Under the pieces are notes generated by a model that was not told where the DNA came from, made no database searches, and saw nothing but the letters and a program-made list of their open reading frames with translations. Shown piece by piece: positions 13,169 through 26,066 of a DNA stretch of 64,000 nt; within the stretch, counting starts at the first letter, position 1, and each line of letters starts with the position of its first letter. Origin of the DNA: Octopus bimaculoides (taxonomy: Eukaryota); the NCBI RefSeq assembly GCF_001194135.2, contig NC_068984.1:32389027-32453026 (forward strand). Direction: 5' to 3'. The position numbers were made by a program, and so were the translations under genes.

Positions 13169-13249
13169 ACACAACTGAATGAGCAAACGAACAGAAGTGG
13201 CACCCAGCACATATCATTGAAGCTGGAGTTCATTATTGTCTTTCTCTCC

Positions 13250-13284
<35 letters not shown>

Positions 13285-13324
13285 AATATATATATATGCA
13301 CATGTAAGTATATAGTTGAAATTT

Positions 13325-13450
13325 ATAAAAAAAAACAAAAGACGAAGACAGGTGTATGAATGACAAGCAATTGCATTAGCTTGATGCTTGGGAAAATGTA
13401 AAAGTCTTTTGCATTTCAAGCTTATGCTCTTCAACAGAAAGGAATAAAAG
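13325..13450 (-). mobile_element. Penelope-type terminal repeat fragment, copy 2, with degenerate hammerhead motif
   Basis: Homologous to 14295-14410 (AAAACAAAAGACGAAGAC...GCTCTTCAACAGAAAG). Confidence 0.55.
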
Positions 13451-13694
13451 AAAATAAACAGAGAGGGAATGAAAATAAGACATAGATTTCACCAGTTCAG
13501 CATGTATGTATATGTGTGTGTGTATATATATATATATATGTATGTATGTATACACAGACATGCAGAAAGTAAATAGACACCTTTAATTTTCAAAATTTCT
13601 GATCTAAGCACCTTAATGTTTTCAGCGGTGTAGAATTTACAATGTAGTTATTCTTTTTCATTTTCGGTGCTATTATATTAAATATTTGCGAAGA

Positions 13695-13795
13695 GTAACC
13701 ATGCCATGCACAAAAAAAATTCAGCAGAACTGTCAGATTTTCAAAGAGGTCATATTGTTGGGCAATCTGAGGCTTGTGTTCATTTGTATTCATTA
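13695..13795 (+). mobile_element. Tc1-like transposase N-terminal fragment
   Basis: Translates NSAELSDFQRGHIVGQSEA, a Tc1 paired-like HTH start. Confidence 0.6.
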
Positions 13796-14367
13796 ATGTA
13801 AGAGAGACAGAATGGTTGCATGGATGTGGTCAGTTTTTTTTAAATTAAAATTCCAGATTTTTTTATTTAGCTGCATATGATTGTGTTTGAAACAGGATTT
13901 TAAAGTATGATTTTAAATACAAATAGTTATGATTTTAAATACAATCTAAAAAAGTTTAAGCAAGGTAAATACTTCTCAATTATAAATGTGATCTGAATTT
14001 TTTTTTTTTTCTATCATAAATATGATCTGCATTTCTTGNNNNNNNNNNATACTTCTCAATTATAAATGTGATCTGAATTTTTTTTTTTTCTATCATAAAT
14101 ATGATCTGCATTTCTTGAATTTCTCTTATCGACATATTTCCAAATCAACCGTTTGATTTTGGTGAGAAATTTATTAAATATAGTTCCATTGTCTTCCAGG
14201 AGTTTGGGTCATTCCTTCAGCATTTATAGAAGTGGAAGATCTTCAAATTTTTTTCTCCACATATTTCCAAATGTTTTGTCAGTGGAATTTACGAGAAAAC
14301 AAAAGACGAAGACGGGTGTGTCAACAATAACCAGATGAATTAGTTTCACGCTTGGGAAGTGAGAAAG

Positions 14368-14405
14368 TCTTTTATGTTTCAAGCCTACGCTCTTCAACAG
14401 AAAGA
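14368..14405 (-). ncRNA. Minimal type I hammerhead-like motif (CTGTTGA core variant)
   Basis: TCTTT-CTGTTGA-A-GAGC gtag GCTT-GAAAC-ATA-AAAGA: 5-bp stem I and 4-bp stem II; core deviates at positions 6 and 16.2. Confidence 0.5.
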
Positions 14406-15299
14406 AACACAGAAATAAACAAGGAGAGAAAATAGAAAAAGGTATAGTGGCTAGCGATCTATATACTTCCCTAAATTTAATAGACAAAAGGTATATATAC
14501 ATCTCACTCTTTCTTTCCCTCTCTCTCTCTCTATATATATGTATGTATATATATGTATATATGTGTGTGTGTATGTATATATATATATATAACTAATTTA
14601 GAGACGAACCACCACTCTACAACTCAGAAACCATCCAAATCCATGCTGTGAGGCATATACCATCTTAATGTATCTAATATTTTAATCTAAAAATTTAAAT
14701 TAAATAACATATTACATAAATAAATCATATAAATATAACATAAATATATTGATTTAAAAAATTTCAAAGTCAAATTTATAAATTGGACAGTAAAAATTAA
14801 TACGATAATATACAGTATGGAAGTATAAATGTGAAAAGTTAGTGCTAGTACATAGACTATACGCATTCCATGGCTAAAATAGGACGATATAAAATCATAA
14901 GCAAATTCTATCCGAGTTCATTAGAACGGAGAAATGATTTTACTCCCCAAATCAGTCACTCTTCAGATCAAATCCCTAAGAAAATACCTAAAATCATTCA
15001 AAGAATAAACATAAACATGAAAAATAAAAATATATATAAAGAGACAAAATCTGTAAACTAATCCCTACATTAACGGTATTGATATAATTATTAAGAGTTA
15101 CAATCTAAAAATATTAAAGTATTATAGTAAACAAAGTTAAAACATTATGGAATAAGTAGATAATAGTAAAAAATGTGTTAGTGTACAAAGTTACTAAAAG
15201 ACGGATGTCAATATTGTTTATAAAATTAAGATAAGAAAACATGACTTATCTGCCGGCTGATAACTGTAGATTAAAAAAAAATGGCTGTGCTATAGAATT

Positions 15300-15760
15300 T
15301 ATACTAAAAGGTCACGTGATAAATATGGCGTCTATTACCCAGAAGTCCATGCGTATTATAATTACTAAAATAATAACGAAAATATCGAAAAAGAAAATCT
15401 ACCTAAAATAAAACCTTTCTTGATGAATAAAAATACTAAAATACTTAAACTTGCAAATTAACGCAGAGTAATAACTATAACCATACGAAAATTCTATATT
15501 ACGTAAATAATGCTATGAAAATTAATACTGCAAAGTCACGTGATAAACATGGCGTCCATTACCAGAGGTAAGTACGTGTTATAATTACTAAAATAATAAC
15601 GAAAATATCGAAAAAGAAAGTCTACCTAAAATAAAAAGTTTATTGAAAATTAATAATACTAAAATACTTAAAACTCTCAGATTTACGCAGAATATAACTA
15701 TACTAAATACGAAAGTTATATATTACTTAAATAATGTTATGAAACATTGTTAAAGACTGC
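15300..15760 (+). promoter_or_regulatory. Tandem ~224 bp duplication carrying an E-box (GTCACGTGAT) and a YY1-like/ATG motif
   Basis: GTCACGTGAT at 15311 and 15535, each followed by AAA(T/C)ATGGCGTC; unit 2 reads ATG GCG TCC ATT ACC AGA G|gtaagt. Confidence 0.4.
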
Positions 15761-16079
15761 TCATATTATCGTTGTATACTTAAAGTAAAGGTAGTTATAT
15801 GTTCCAATTTTGTATAATATTGTGATGATTAAAATGTATTTTAAAGCTAATTTGATGTATTCTACGATACTAATCATAACTATAAGTTTGTACCTAATAC
15901 TAGGTTTAAATAAATAAATTAGTTATCTAAACCTATTATATAAGTAATTTAATTTATGTCTGCATTTAATATTACGTTCATCGTGGGAGTGAATAATTTT
16001 TTATTAGTTAATAACATCTCTTTAAATTCGTTAGTGCATAATAAGCAGAATTTATTCCCTATCCTATGCGATTTAGTAT

Positions 16080-16815
16080 TATGAAGATCTTGTTTCACAC
16101 GCGGTGTTGCTTGTTTACCAGGGCTAAGCCATTCCTTATTGATTTACAGGCACCATTTTTCGTCGCCAGTAACAATTCGGTAAAGAAATCATTACTTGTG
16201 TCCATGAGTTGAGCAGTGACGAGCAAGCAAACCAGCGGAGATTGTGGCTCATTGATTTTTGTTGTTATCACTTAAAGCATGCGGAACCCATGCTCCATAC
16301 TTCTGAACCTTTCCCATCGAGTGAAGATGCTTCTCTATAGCAGTGTGGGAGCATTCCATTTTCTCTGTTAGTTCCCTTATCTTTTGACGAGAATTTTCAT
16401 GCAAAAGTTGGTTTAATCGCTCTACATCGAACTCAACTGGAAGCCAGAACGAGGTGCGTCTTTGAGGTCAAAATCTCCATTTTTGAACTTGGCATACCAA
16501 TCCTGAGCATTTCTTTCAGCTATGGCACCCTCTCCATACACAGCACAAATGTTGCGGGCAGCTCTTGTGGCCTTAGGACTTTGATTAAAAGCAAAAAGAA
16601 GGAGGTGTCTAAAATGCTCGTTTTTCTTAACTTGACATTCCATTTTAATCATCTGCAAATAAACAAAAGTTAAGTAAAATTAACTAGAGAAAAAACAAAA
16701 TAGATTTCTAAATGATTCAAAAATAGAATTCTCGAAAAAATAGATTGCAAAATTTAGAAACGCAATAAATTACAAAATTTAAAAATACGACAGGAACTTA
16801 GTTGTCAATCCAATA
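16080..16815 (-). mobile_element. Mariner transposon remnant (left end plus 5' transposase)
   Basis: KNEHFRHLLLFAF...ICAVYGEGAIAERNAQDWYAKFKNGDFDLKDAPRSG; downstream IVTGDEKW; TIR-like TATTGGATTGACAACTAAGTTCCTGTCG. Confidence 0.85.
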
Positions 16816-16926
16816 TACACACTGGTATGATACATGCACATGTGCATACATGCTTGTATACATGTGCGTGGATATATGTGTATTTATATAAGTGTGTATG
16901 CGTATATATATATATGTGCGTGTGTG

Positions 16927-16964
<38 letters not shown>

Positions 16965-17369
16965 TAAAAATAAAAAAGTATAAAAAAGGATTTTGTATGA
17001 TCGTGTATAGAAGAATATATCATTTAAAAAAGTTCTATACATATATATATGGTGAGAGAGAGAGAAAGAAAATTACTTTTTCCTTTTTCAAAAATATATT
17101 TACACACACACATATATATACACATATATATAAATATATATATACACACACATATATAAACACACACACATATATATATATATGCCTATATGTATACATG
17201 CAAGCATGTGTGTGTATACATATACATATATGTATGTATATATATACATAAATATATAAAGAGAGACAGAGAAAGAGTGAAAGATATTGACTAATGAACT
17301 CCAACTATATGTGCTGAGTACTGCTATTGTTAGGTTTGTTCACTCATGTACACACATACATACATTCAT

Positions 17370-18715
17370 CCGAGATCCGAGCCATTGATGGGAAAACCTG
17401 AAAAATACTAACAAGCACACCTAATTTCCACATAAACAGTGATGTAAACCACCTCTACCTAAAACGTGAACAAGGTGGTAGAGGCTTAAGATCCATCCAA
17501 AATGCTTTTGAATGTCGATCATATCTCTTCAGCAATATCTTTTAACCACCAAGTGTCAAAGTGCATCCTTTGACCAAGCTTGCATACATAAGGCTGATAA
17601 TATAAAACTTGGATGGCGGCTCCTTGAGCAACACTCTTTATCTGATAACCTAGAATACATGCCCAAAAAAGTCACACGACTCTACCACAACATATAAAAG
17701 ATGAAAGGGTGAGCCTGTATGAACAGAAGACTATGTATGGATATGTTAGTATAAAGCTCCGTGATGATAGTAACATCGATCATTAAAGCAGTTTATCATG
17801 GATGAGTAGCCGGATTACTACCTTCCACTTTGAAGGGTATGTGTTAGCAATCCAAGAACAGGAAATATCAACCATCACCTGATGCACGATAGGGATAAAT
17901 AAGTGGGAAAAGCTATAAAATGTCACAGCTGATGCAGACTTTCCAGAGTTCATACTGAAAATATCCTCCACATCATAAGCAGTTGTTCGAAAATGTCATC
18001 ATGTTATTATCTACTGATGAGGCTAGATGTTGTAACTTGGACACTCTATAATGAAATCTGTCAAAAGGATAATCCTGAGGACAAAGAAATAAAGACCCAC
18101 ATAATGGTAGAAGCCATAGCCACTCATAATGGAAAAGAATATGGTGGGATGTACCAGTGAAAACTTCAATAAAATGTAAGCACAACAGACCTGATATAAT
18201 GATTTGGGATTGAGAAGAGAAACTGTGCACAGTTCTGGAATTTAGCTGCCCAGCAGATGTTAACATAAAGCTGAAGATCGGGGAAAATAAGAACATCTAT
18301 GCTGAACTATTGAGAAATCTGCAGTTACTCTATCAATATTACAAGTTCAGGTTTATACGTGTAATTATTGGGTCCCTGCGATATGTAACACACTACCTAA
18401 ATACCAATCTTGAGAAATTAGGCTTCTCAAAACCAGAAAGGAGAAAGCTAATTCAAAGACTACTGATCCAATCCATCACTAGAACTGTGAAAGTCTGTAA
18501 AACTTTCCAGAAGTTTATCATTTAAATATATGTATGAGCATGTCTAGATATGTAACTATATGCATGAGAATACATACATAAAACATACAAATCTGCACAT
18601 ACATACATGCATACAAAAATACTCTGTTGTTGATGTTGAAATTCCAATGAAGGAACCTTGGATCTAAGTTAGAAACTGGTTCTTTCTCTATTGCCAAGAA
18701 ATCTTGAAATGGACT
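17370..18715 (+). mobile_element. 5'-truncated R4/Dong-like retrotransposon (C-terminal CCHC-type and RLE region, 3' UTR)
   Basis: SDVNHLYLKREQGGRGLRSIQ; AIQEQEI; KHNRPDIMIWD..EKLCTVLEFSCP; VIIGSL...NLEKLGF; several stops and frameshifts. Confidence 0.85.
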
Positions 18716-21073
18716 GAATAGTGACATACATATATACATACATATTCAAATACCTTGTTGAATAAAATGTACCATTTTTAAAGAAGTAAAAAATAAAAAA
18801 GAATAAGTTTTTATTTTGTTTTGTGATTATTGATAAAAATGTTGGTCTTCGTAGCTTGAATAGTTTCATTTCTGATATACAGAATAGAAAATTCAACCAA
18901 TCAATCAATGAAGTAAACAGTATAGAAATAGAGTTTTGGGATGTTGGAAAGTTACATTGTAGAAATAATGGTAGTGTGTGATTAGAATTTATATGAAATT
19001 ATTTCTAACAATAGATTTCGTGAGGTGAGGATGATCCTAAAACTTGATTGTAATAGTAGATGAACGAATGGTTTATGACAACAATGGTGTCATAAATCAT
19101 GTTGGTGTGTAAGATATTTGATGTTGACAATATTGGAGCTGTTACTTTTAGCTTCACGTCAGCTCAAGACAGGCTTTCTGTGCATTCCAGAAAAAAAGTG
19201 TCCCAACTTTTTCATTGGATCAGTGCTGCCAGAACTGTATTATCCAATATATTTTCCTTCTCTAACAGATATTCGAGGGGGATTTGGCTACATTTACCAT
19301 CTGACGAAGAGACTGTGTTGAGATTCCCTAACTGATGGAGGTAAAGTAGTTAAGTTTTGTTGTAGCTGTAATTTCTGCTTACATTTAACACTGACTAAGC
19401 AGGAAAGCCTTCAAACTCTGACCATTCTCTGTTTCTAAAGATATGTAAAACTACATAATGTAATGTATTTTGGATTCTTACTAAAGATAGTTAGGACTTA
19501 TTTGAGGGAGCTGTGGTAGCTATCCATAGAGTAATCATTATTTAAGTGTGATGTGGCAGCTATCCACAGCAGATCAAATGGTGGCCTTATAGAGTCTTCT
19601 TTGTTCAAGAAGTGAAATAGCAAAGTAATTTTAGGTGTTGAATTAGTGAACTGGCGTAATTTGGAGAATATTTGGCAGCTATTTTGAACAGGTTGAGCAA
19701 CTGTTTAAATACTTGAAAAATAAACTATTCATTTCCCTTTCTCCATCATCTCCTTCATCTACTATGTAATTATATGCATCAAAACTCAAATAATTCATAT
19801 ACATCTAGCTGGGTGTCTTAAAGAATACAATTTCCTACTTGATAATAAGAGTAGAAATTAATATCATTAAATAATATCAATTTCAACCAGTGGTCAGCAT
19901 ACTTAAAAAAAACGTCTGAGGGCTGTGAATTTTATTTGAATATAAACAATAGAAGAGACCACTAAGTGGATCCCTTGTATGCTAAAAATAGATGTCAAAC
20001 CATCTTACAACAAAATCTGTGTTCTCAAATTAGCAAGATGCTAGATGTTTATGAGCTAGACAAATGAAAAGAAATAAACATAGCACATAATTCCATTCCT
20101 TAAAGTTTTGACATGAACAATTCAATAATTGTCTGTGTCTCCTCAGTGAAATCGGTGCAGCCACAACAATGGAACTGGACAGCACCCATCTCCATGAGAG
20201 GATATGAATGTATAAAGTTCCAATACCCTGTATTTTAAGTTTGATTCAAATTCTCTCGTACTAGCACACTAATTTCCTACTTGCTTTTCTGTTTGGTGTG
20301 CAGTCATCCTTTGTTAGAAATATTCGTGTAAAAATGTCCAAATTTCTGCAACTAATCCATGTTAGTTTTATAAAAGATGAAAATGAGAATGAATATTCTA
20401 TAAACATTATTTATCTCTTGTTATTGTTGCTACTGTTCTGTTGCTGTTGTTGTTGTTCCTACTAATTTGTCACAGTCTGCTCTTTTCCTTGAGCAGAATT
20501 TTTACTTTTCGTTTTCCTGCTGTTGCAATCGTATTATTTTTCAGTCTCTCAAACTACAATTTCTTATACTCTCATCCTTATTGTTAAGATGATTGAGCGT
20601 AATTTGGAGAATATTTGGCAGCCATTTTGAACAGGTTGAACAACTATTTAAATACTTGAAAAATAAGCTATTCCTTCCCCTTTCTCCATCCTTTGACATC
20701 TCAGTTATCTCCTTCATCTACTACATAATTATATACATTATGACTCAAATAATTACTGCGAATAACTTATAATTCATTTGAGGTTAAATATAGATGTATG
20801 ATAGAAGGGATGAACAAGGCTTGATTTGCATGAAAATTTCTAAAAATCATCTTCTTTCATCACCATCAGAGTAACAACTATTCAAGATATAAAGCAATAA
20901 CAGATAAATGAATAGTAGCAGTTAAATATTTATTAAAGTGTTCATTCATAAAAATAGCCCCCCCCCCAAAAAAAAAGAAAGAAAGGAAAAATCATATTTT
21001 ATACGCTGTTAAAAATATTGTTATGTTTAATGTTTATTTGCTGTTTTTTGTTTTCTTTCATTTTTTTTGCGAC

Positions 21074-21126
21074 CTCAGGTCAAATTTTTGTAAATGGTCT
21101 GCGTAACGAGGCATTCCTTCATAAAA
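21074..21126 (-). CDS. Candidate exon, FYEGMPRYADHLQKFDL(R/S)
   Basis: tgtcaag|TTT...AG|gtcgca; phase 0-2; weak splice sites but phase-compatible with 38316-38455 upstream and with 8604 or 4605 downstream. Confidence 0.3.
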
Positions 21127-21446
21127 CTTGACAATATCTCATTAATCTATTATTTTTGTGGTCCAATTAAATACATTCTGCTATTACTGATAGGAAAAGC
21201 AAAAGAAAATAAAAACAAGGCAACAAAAATGCTAATACTGTTACCTCTCTAGATATTTGGAATTACTTTCCATTTTAATCTGTCATAATATATTTTGATG
21301 TGATATACATTTGTGTGTAGGTGAATCTAACTCTCCATCTACGTCTCTCTCTTTATCTATCTATCACTCAATCTATCAATCAATCAATCAAACAATCTAT
21401 CTATCTATCTATCTGTCTATCGATTTATCTGTCTGTCTGTCTGTCT

Positions 21447-21660
21447 TCATCATCATCAATTAACATCCATTTCAATGCTGGCGTGGGTTGGGCAGTTCAA
21501 CAGGGGCCAAAATATCAGAAGACTGCGCCAAGTTCCAATATCTACTTTGGCCTGGTTTCTACAACTAGATACCCTTCCCAATGCCAACCATTTTACAGAG
21601 GCTATAAAGTACTTTTTCGTGGCAGTAGTGCTAGTGAGGTCAATATATAATTCGAGACAA
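21447..21660 (-). mobile_element. RTE LINE 3' end ((GAT)n tail), decayed
   Basis: catcatcat-TTAACATCCATTTCAATGCTGGCGTGGGTTGG...CCCTTCCCAATGCCAACC; same family at 26085-26340, 29317-29500, 38915-39055, 39808-40180. Confidence 0.7.
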
Positions 21661-22459
21661 GGACCCTCAGCTAGTTGGGGGAGGTAGTTTTATGCCAGAT
21701 AATGAGGTTAAAGTATGATAGAAGAACAGAACAGATGTCTTGTTGTAGAGAAATATGATGGTGATGAAGCATCAGAGTGTACCCTCAAGTTACAGCAAAA
21801 TGAATATAAGATGAATTGAACAGAGGATCAGACAGGGTAGTTGACTTGATAAGTTTCTGAGAATATGAAAAGACAGAGGCAGATGATAGAGATAGGGATA
21901 AAGGTGAATGCAGTGAATAATGAACACGAGTGCAGACATGATCAGCGGTAAGAGTATGGAGGAAATAGGGATAATAAATAGCGGCACAGATGATGTGAAT
22001 TATTGTGTAGGAGGTCTGAGTGAGATACACACTATGCCAGGGGCAAGGTCATGGGGTTATAAGGGTGGAAATAGTGGCTGATAAAGAGTGGTACAGGAAT
22101 GGAATTAGCAGAATGAGAGGGTGAAAAGAGGGAAGGGTGAAATGGGTGTTCAGTAGAGAATGAAATGGTTCAGGATATTATGAATGTGGGTGACAAAGAG
22201 AGTGGTTCCAGGGAGAGTGATAACTGATAGCACAGGAGTAAACATGCAATATCCACAGTTCTTCTCTCAGATGAGCGAATAATACTTTAATCAGAAGAGT
22301 AATGAAGGAGTAACAACTGTTAAGAAGATGAATTGATTTTTTTATTAACAATAAAGACTTAACACAGAGTGGAGTTAAGAAAATGAACTATGTGAGAGAG
22401 ACTCATCAAGGGCACAGTCATAAAGGATGTGCTTTTAAGGCCTCATATTGTTGATGTGG

Positions 22460-22800
22460 ATGGACTTACTTGAGTACAGCAAATCACCAGTCCTTATGGT
22501 CTTGTGTTCAACATCTGAAGCTTATTCTTCACTACTTGCTCACATGCCTTGCTGAGTCTTTCTCTTCCACAGATTCCACCAACGTGCACTTCTTTATGCA
22601 GATTTCCTCATCCATACACATCACATGATCAGACCAGTATACTCTTCTTTCTTGTACTTACAACAGAATCCTCTTATGATCAATTTTTCTTGTAACACAT
22701 TTACACTCTGTAGCAAATGTACAATAACATACATGTCCCACTGGATGTACACATCCAGTGGGACATGTTAGTTTCATTTCTTTCTAGACTTCACATTCTT
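22460..22800 (-). mobile_element. RTE LINE C-terminal fragment
   Basis: Minus strand gives NETNMSHWMC and the RR..W..HVMCMDEE-type motifs. Confidence 0.6.
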
Positions 22801-23139
22801 CTTCATTAACAGCCAAACATAGGGGAACTACTAATTTCTCATTAAATTTGTTGCTTTTATACATGGATGCTATCAATCACCTTTAATCCACCTGTAGCTT
22901 TTGTGGTAATCACTTGATGAGGGAGTGAGGGACCCTGCCAAAGGCTTTCTCCTATCTCAATAAATCCCCAAAACAGTAAATATGAATGTATGTATGTGAG
23001 TGTGTATGTACTTATGCACGTATATGTTCTCTTTGCCTTTGTGAAGGAAAGGACCTTGTTTTGTTCATCATCCCTTAAATCTTAAGGTCTTGCAGATTTT
23101 TAGAGTCCCAGTTATCATGATGATTAGTAGAGTATGAAT

Positions 23140-23590
23140 TATAGATTTTCATTCTCTCCTCAATAACTCAAATTCAGCCATATTTGCTCCAACCAGATTG
23201 CTATACCAATAATAATAGGTGTCTTGGTTACTGGATTTGCAAACTTCTTATCCATGGTCCATAGATGTGCACTTTCTCTTGTATTTTTCTGATAGCATTG
23301 GTGTCCAGTGGGCAGTTGATTTCTTTAATAGAATATATCTTTGCCTTGTGGTTTCACACAACAATATCTGGCTGGTTGCGTTTTAAGTTCATAGCTGTTT
23401 TAACTTTTAAGCTCCACAAATATTGCTTTAACCCATCTGTCTCAATACAGACAACATCATTTGTAGGTGTTTTCTTCTTTGTTATCCTCTTCCAGACTGT
23501 TCTGACCATTACATTATGCCTTATGGGAAGAAAACATCTGGAAGACATTTTCTCACTGTTGGAAATAATGTGGTTGATGTCATTGGTCGT
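23140..23590 (-). mobile_element. RLE-domain fragment of an R4/NeSL-type retrotransposon
   Basis: YLWSLKVKTAMNLKRNQPDIVV, then an I..INCPLD-like motif. Confidence 0.6.
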
Positions 23591-24285
23591 AGTCTTGCGT
23601 ATGTATGTATGTATGTATCTATCTATCTATCTATATATATATCTCTTTCTCAATCTATCTATCTATATATATCTTTCTCAATCTATCTATCTACTTAAGA
23701 CATGTAGTGTTTCATGAGTGTAACATTTGTTGTAAATTATTTGGAATAAGTTTCACCTGCTGAAATATGCATGCATGTCTAGTGAGCACACAGCAGATGC
23801 CAGAGTCAGTAAGTAAATACATAAATGAATATGAAAACATGAACAAAATACAAGCAGAAATATTTGAATAAGTATAGAAATAAATGGATTTATTTAAATA
23901 TCAAAACATTTAAATTAATACTTTTTATGGTAAACAAAAATCCCTTTTTTTGAACTCTGTATTACTCAGTAAGGTGGTCTAACCTTAGATTTGTTAAAGA
24001 ATTTTAAGTAAATTTGCAAATGCCAATCTTTCTTTCATTTTAGTTGTTTTAGTTGTTTAGTAATTTTAGCTTTTTCTTTATTCCTTTATAATTGTGAAAA
24101 AGGAAGTTCATTAAAGAAACATTAGTTAATGAATTTTATTTTAATCTTTCCTGAACAGACAGGAAATCTGGTTGATTATGTATGTGTATGTATGTGTGTA
24201 TTTTTATGCATTTATACATACACATATATATACATATACATATACAGTATATGAATATATATATATATACATACACACACGTATA

Positions 24286-24319
<34 letters not shown>

Positions 24320-25510
24320 CATATATATATACATACACAAATACATGTATATACTTACATAATGTATATATATATATGCACGCTTGTATTTATATATCAT
24401 AAACATACATACACAAACATGCATATCTATATCTGCTGACACATATGCATATATGCACACAAATACAAGCTCGAACACTCATATATATAATCATACATAC
24501 AAAATCATTTGTATATAACATCAAGTGTGTTTTATGGTCTTGTTTTCACTGTTTCCAAAATTTTGCAAGTTTTTAACTTGTTCAGTTCTGTCTAAATACC
24601 TATAAACAATGTGGCTATAGCAGCATATTAAAACGACTGAATATCTTTGATTTGATTAGAGCTATAAACTTTAAGCACTTCTGTACACAGATGTGTATGT
24701 GTGTCTATGTATACATACATACACACATACATATATATTGTATATGTGTATGTGTATATATATATATATGTATGTGTGTGTGTACGTATGTGTATGTGTG
24801 ATGCATGCATGTATGTGTGGATGTATTTCATTAGAAATATGTTATAATGGAATGAAGAAATATATAGTTTCCTCAAAGATTTTCTAAATAGTTTTTAGCC
24901 TTATTTTGCTTTATATATTCAAGTGCTATGGAAACCGTTTTAGATCATTTCTTTATTATATACAATTTATTTTACTCAAATCTTTCCAATTGATATCTAG
25001 TACTTTTATTAATGTTAAATATCAAAACAAGAGATTTGGTTTTTGCTGTTTAGTGCATCACTACAAAGCAATATATTATAAAAATTGTCTGAGTGTCTCT
25101 GTATGAGAGACAGCATGTGTATGTTTACATACAGAAGCAGGTGAAATGATGAAGTGAAATAAGTTAGGGGTTCTCGAAAGCTAGAGGGAGACTATATTAT
25201 TAGTATTTCTATATATGTGTACAAGGTCTGGCAGCTAAGGTTAGTATGGCTAAAGCTAGTTTGATTTGAAACTCTTAGTACACTCTAACAGATATATTTT
25301 TATTAGTATTTGAATGGAAGAAAATGACAAAATCAAAAATTACATGCAGCATGTATCCTAATGCTATTACTTGATTTTGTTTGGCCCCATTTTATATACA
25401 AACATATGTATATGTATATAATTCATTTTCTAGAGATAAAATTTTCTCTATATACAGGACACATTAAAGTGCTCAATATATTTGAGCCATAGGATAATAG
25501 AAAAATTAAT

Positions 25511-26066
25511 GATGAGAGACAAAAGATAGGTTACTAAAATATATTCTGTTGAAAAATTATTATGTGCACTAAATCATACACTAAAAATATATAGATATGT
25601 AAATATATAAATACACTTAAAAATATATAGATGTAAATATATAAAGATACTAAGAATATATTAAGAACATAAAATATATAATCCTACTTACAAGAAAAAC
25701 GAGATTAAAATTATATACACAGAATGAGTAGAGTGTAGAAAATATTGTAAATCCATATAGAGGTTTATAATTTGTTAAAATCTGACAGTCATTTCTGGGG
25801 GCATAGTGGTGCAAAATATGCAATAGAATGGATTTACAATATTTTGTATCATCACCTATTCTGTGTACATAATTTTAATATTGCTTTTATTGTAAGAAAG
25901 ACTATATATTCTACGTTCTTAAAATATTCTTAGCATATTTATATATTTCTATCTATATATTTTAAACTTATTTTTAGTATATCTATATAGTTTAAGTATA
26001 TGATTTTGTGCACACAATAATTTTACAACAGAATATATTTTAGTAACCTATCTTTTCTCTCTCATC
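25511..26066. repeat. Long imperfect foldback (arms ~250 bp, spacer ~65 bp)
   Basis: GATGAGAGACAAAAGATAGGTTACTAAAATATATTCTGTT is mirrored by ...TAGTAACCTATCTTTTCTCTCTCATC; the inner arms share AATATTGTAAATCCAT. Confidence 0.75.

Noticed and set aside
13590-13793. Minus ORF resembling an exon
   Set aside because: The plus strand is a Tc1 transposase start.
13969-14118. ~70 bp direct repeat
   Set aside because: It flanks a 10-N gap and is nearly identical on both sides, so it is a contig overlap artefact.
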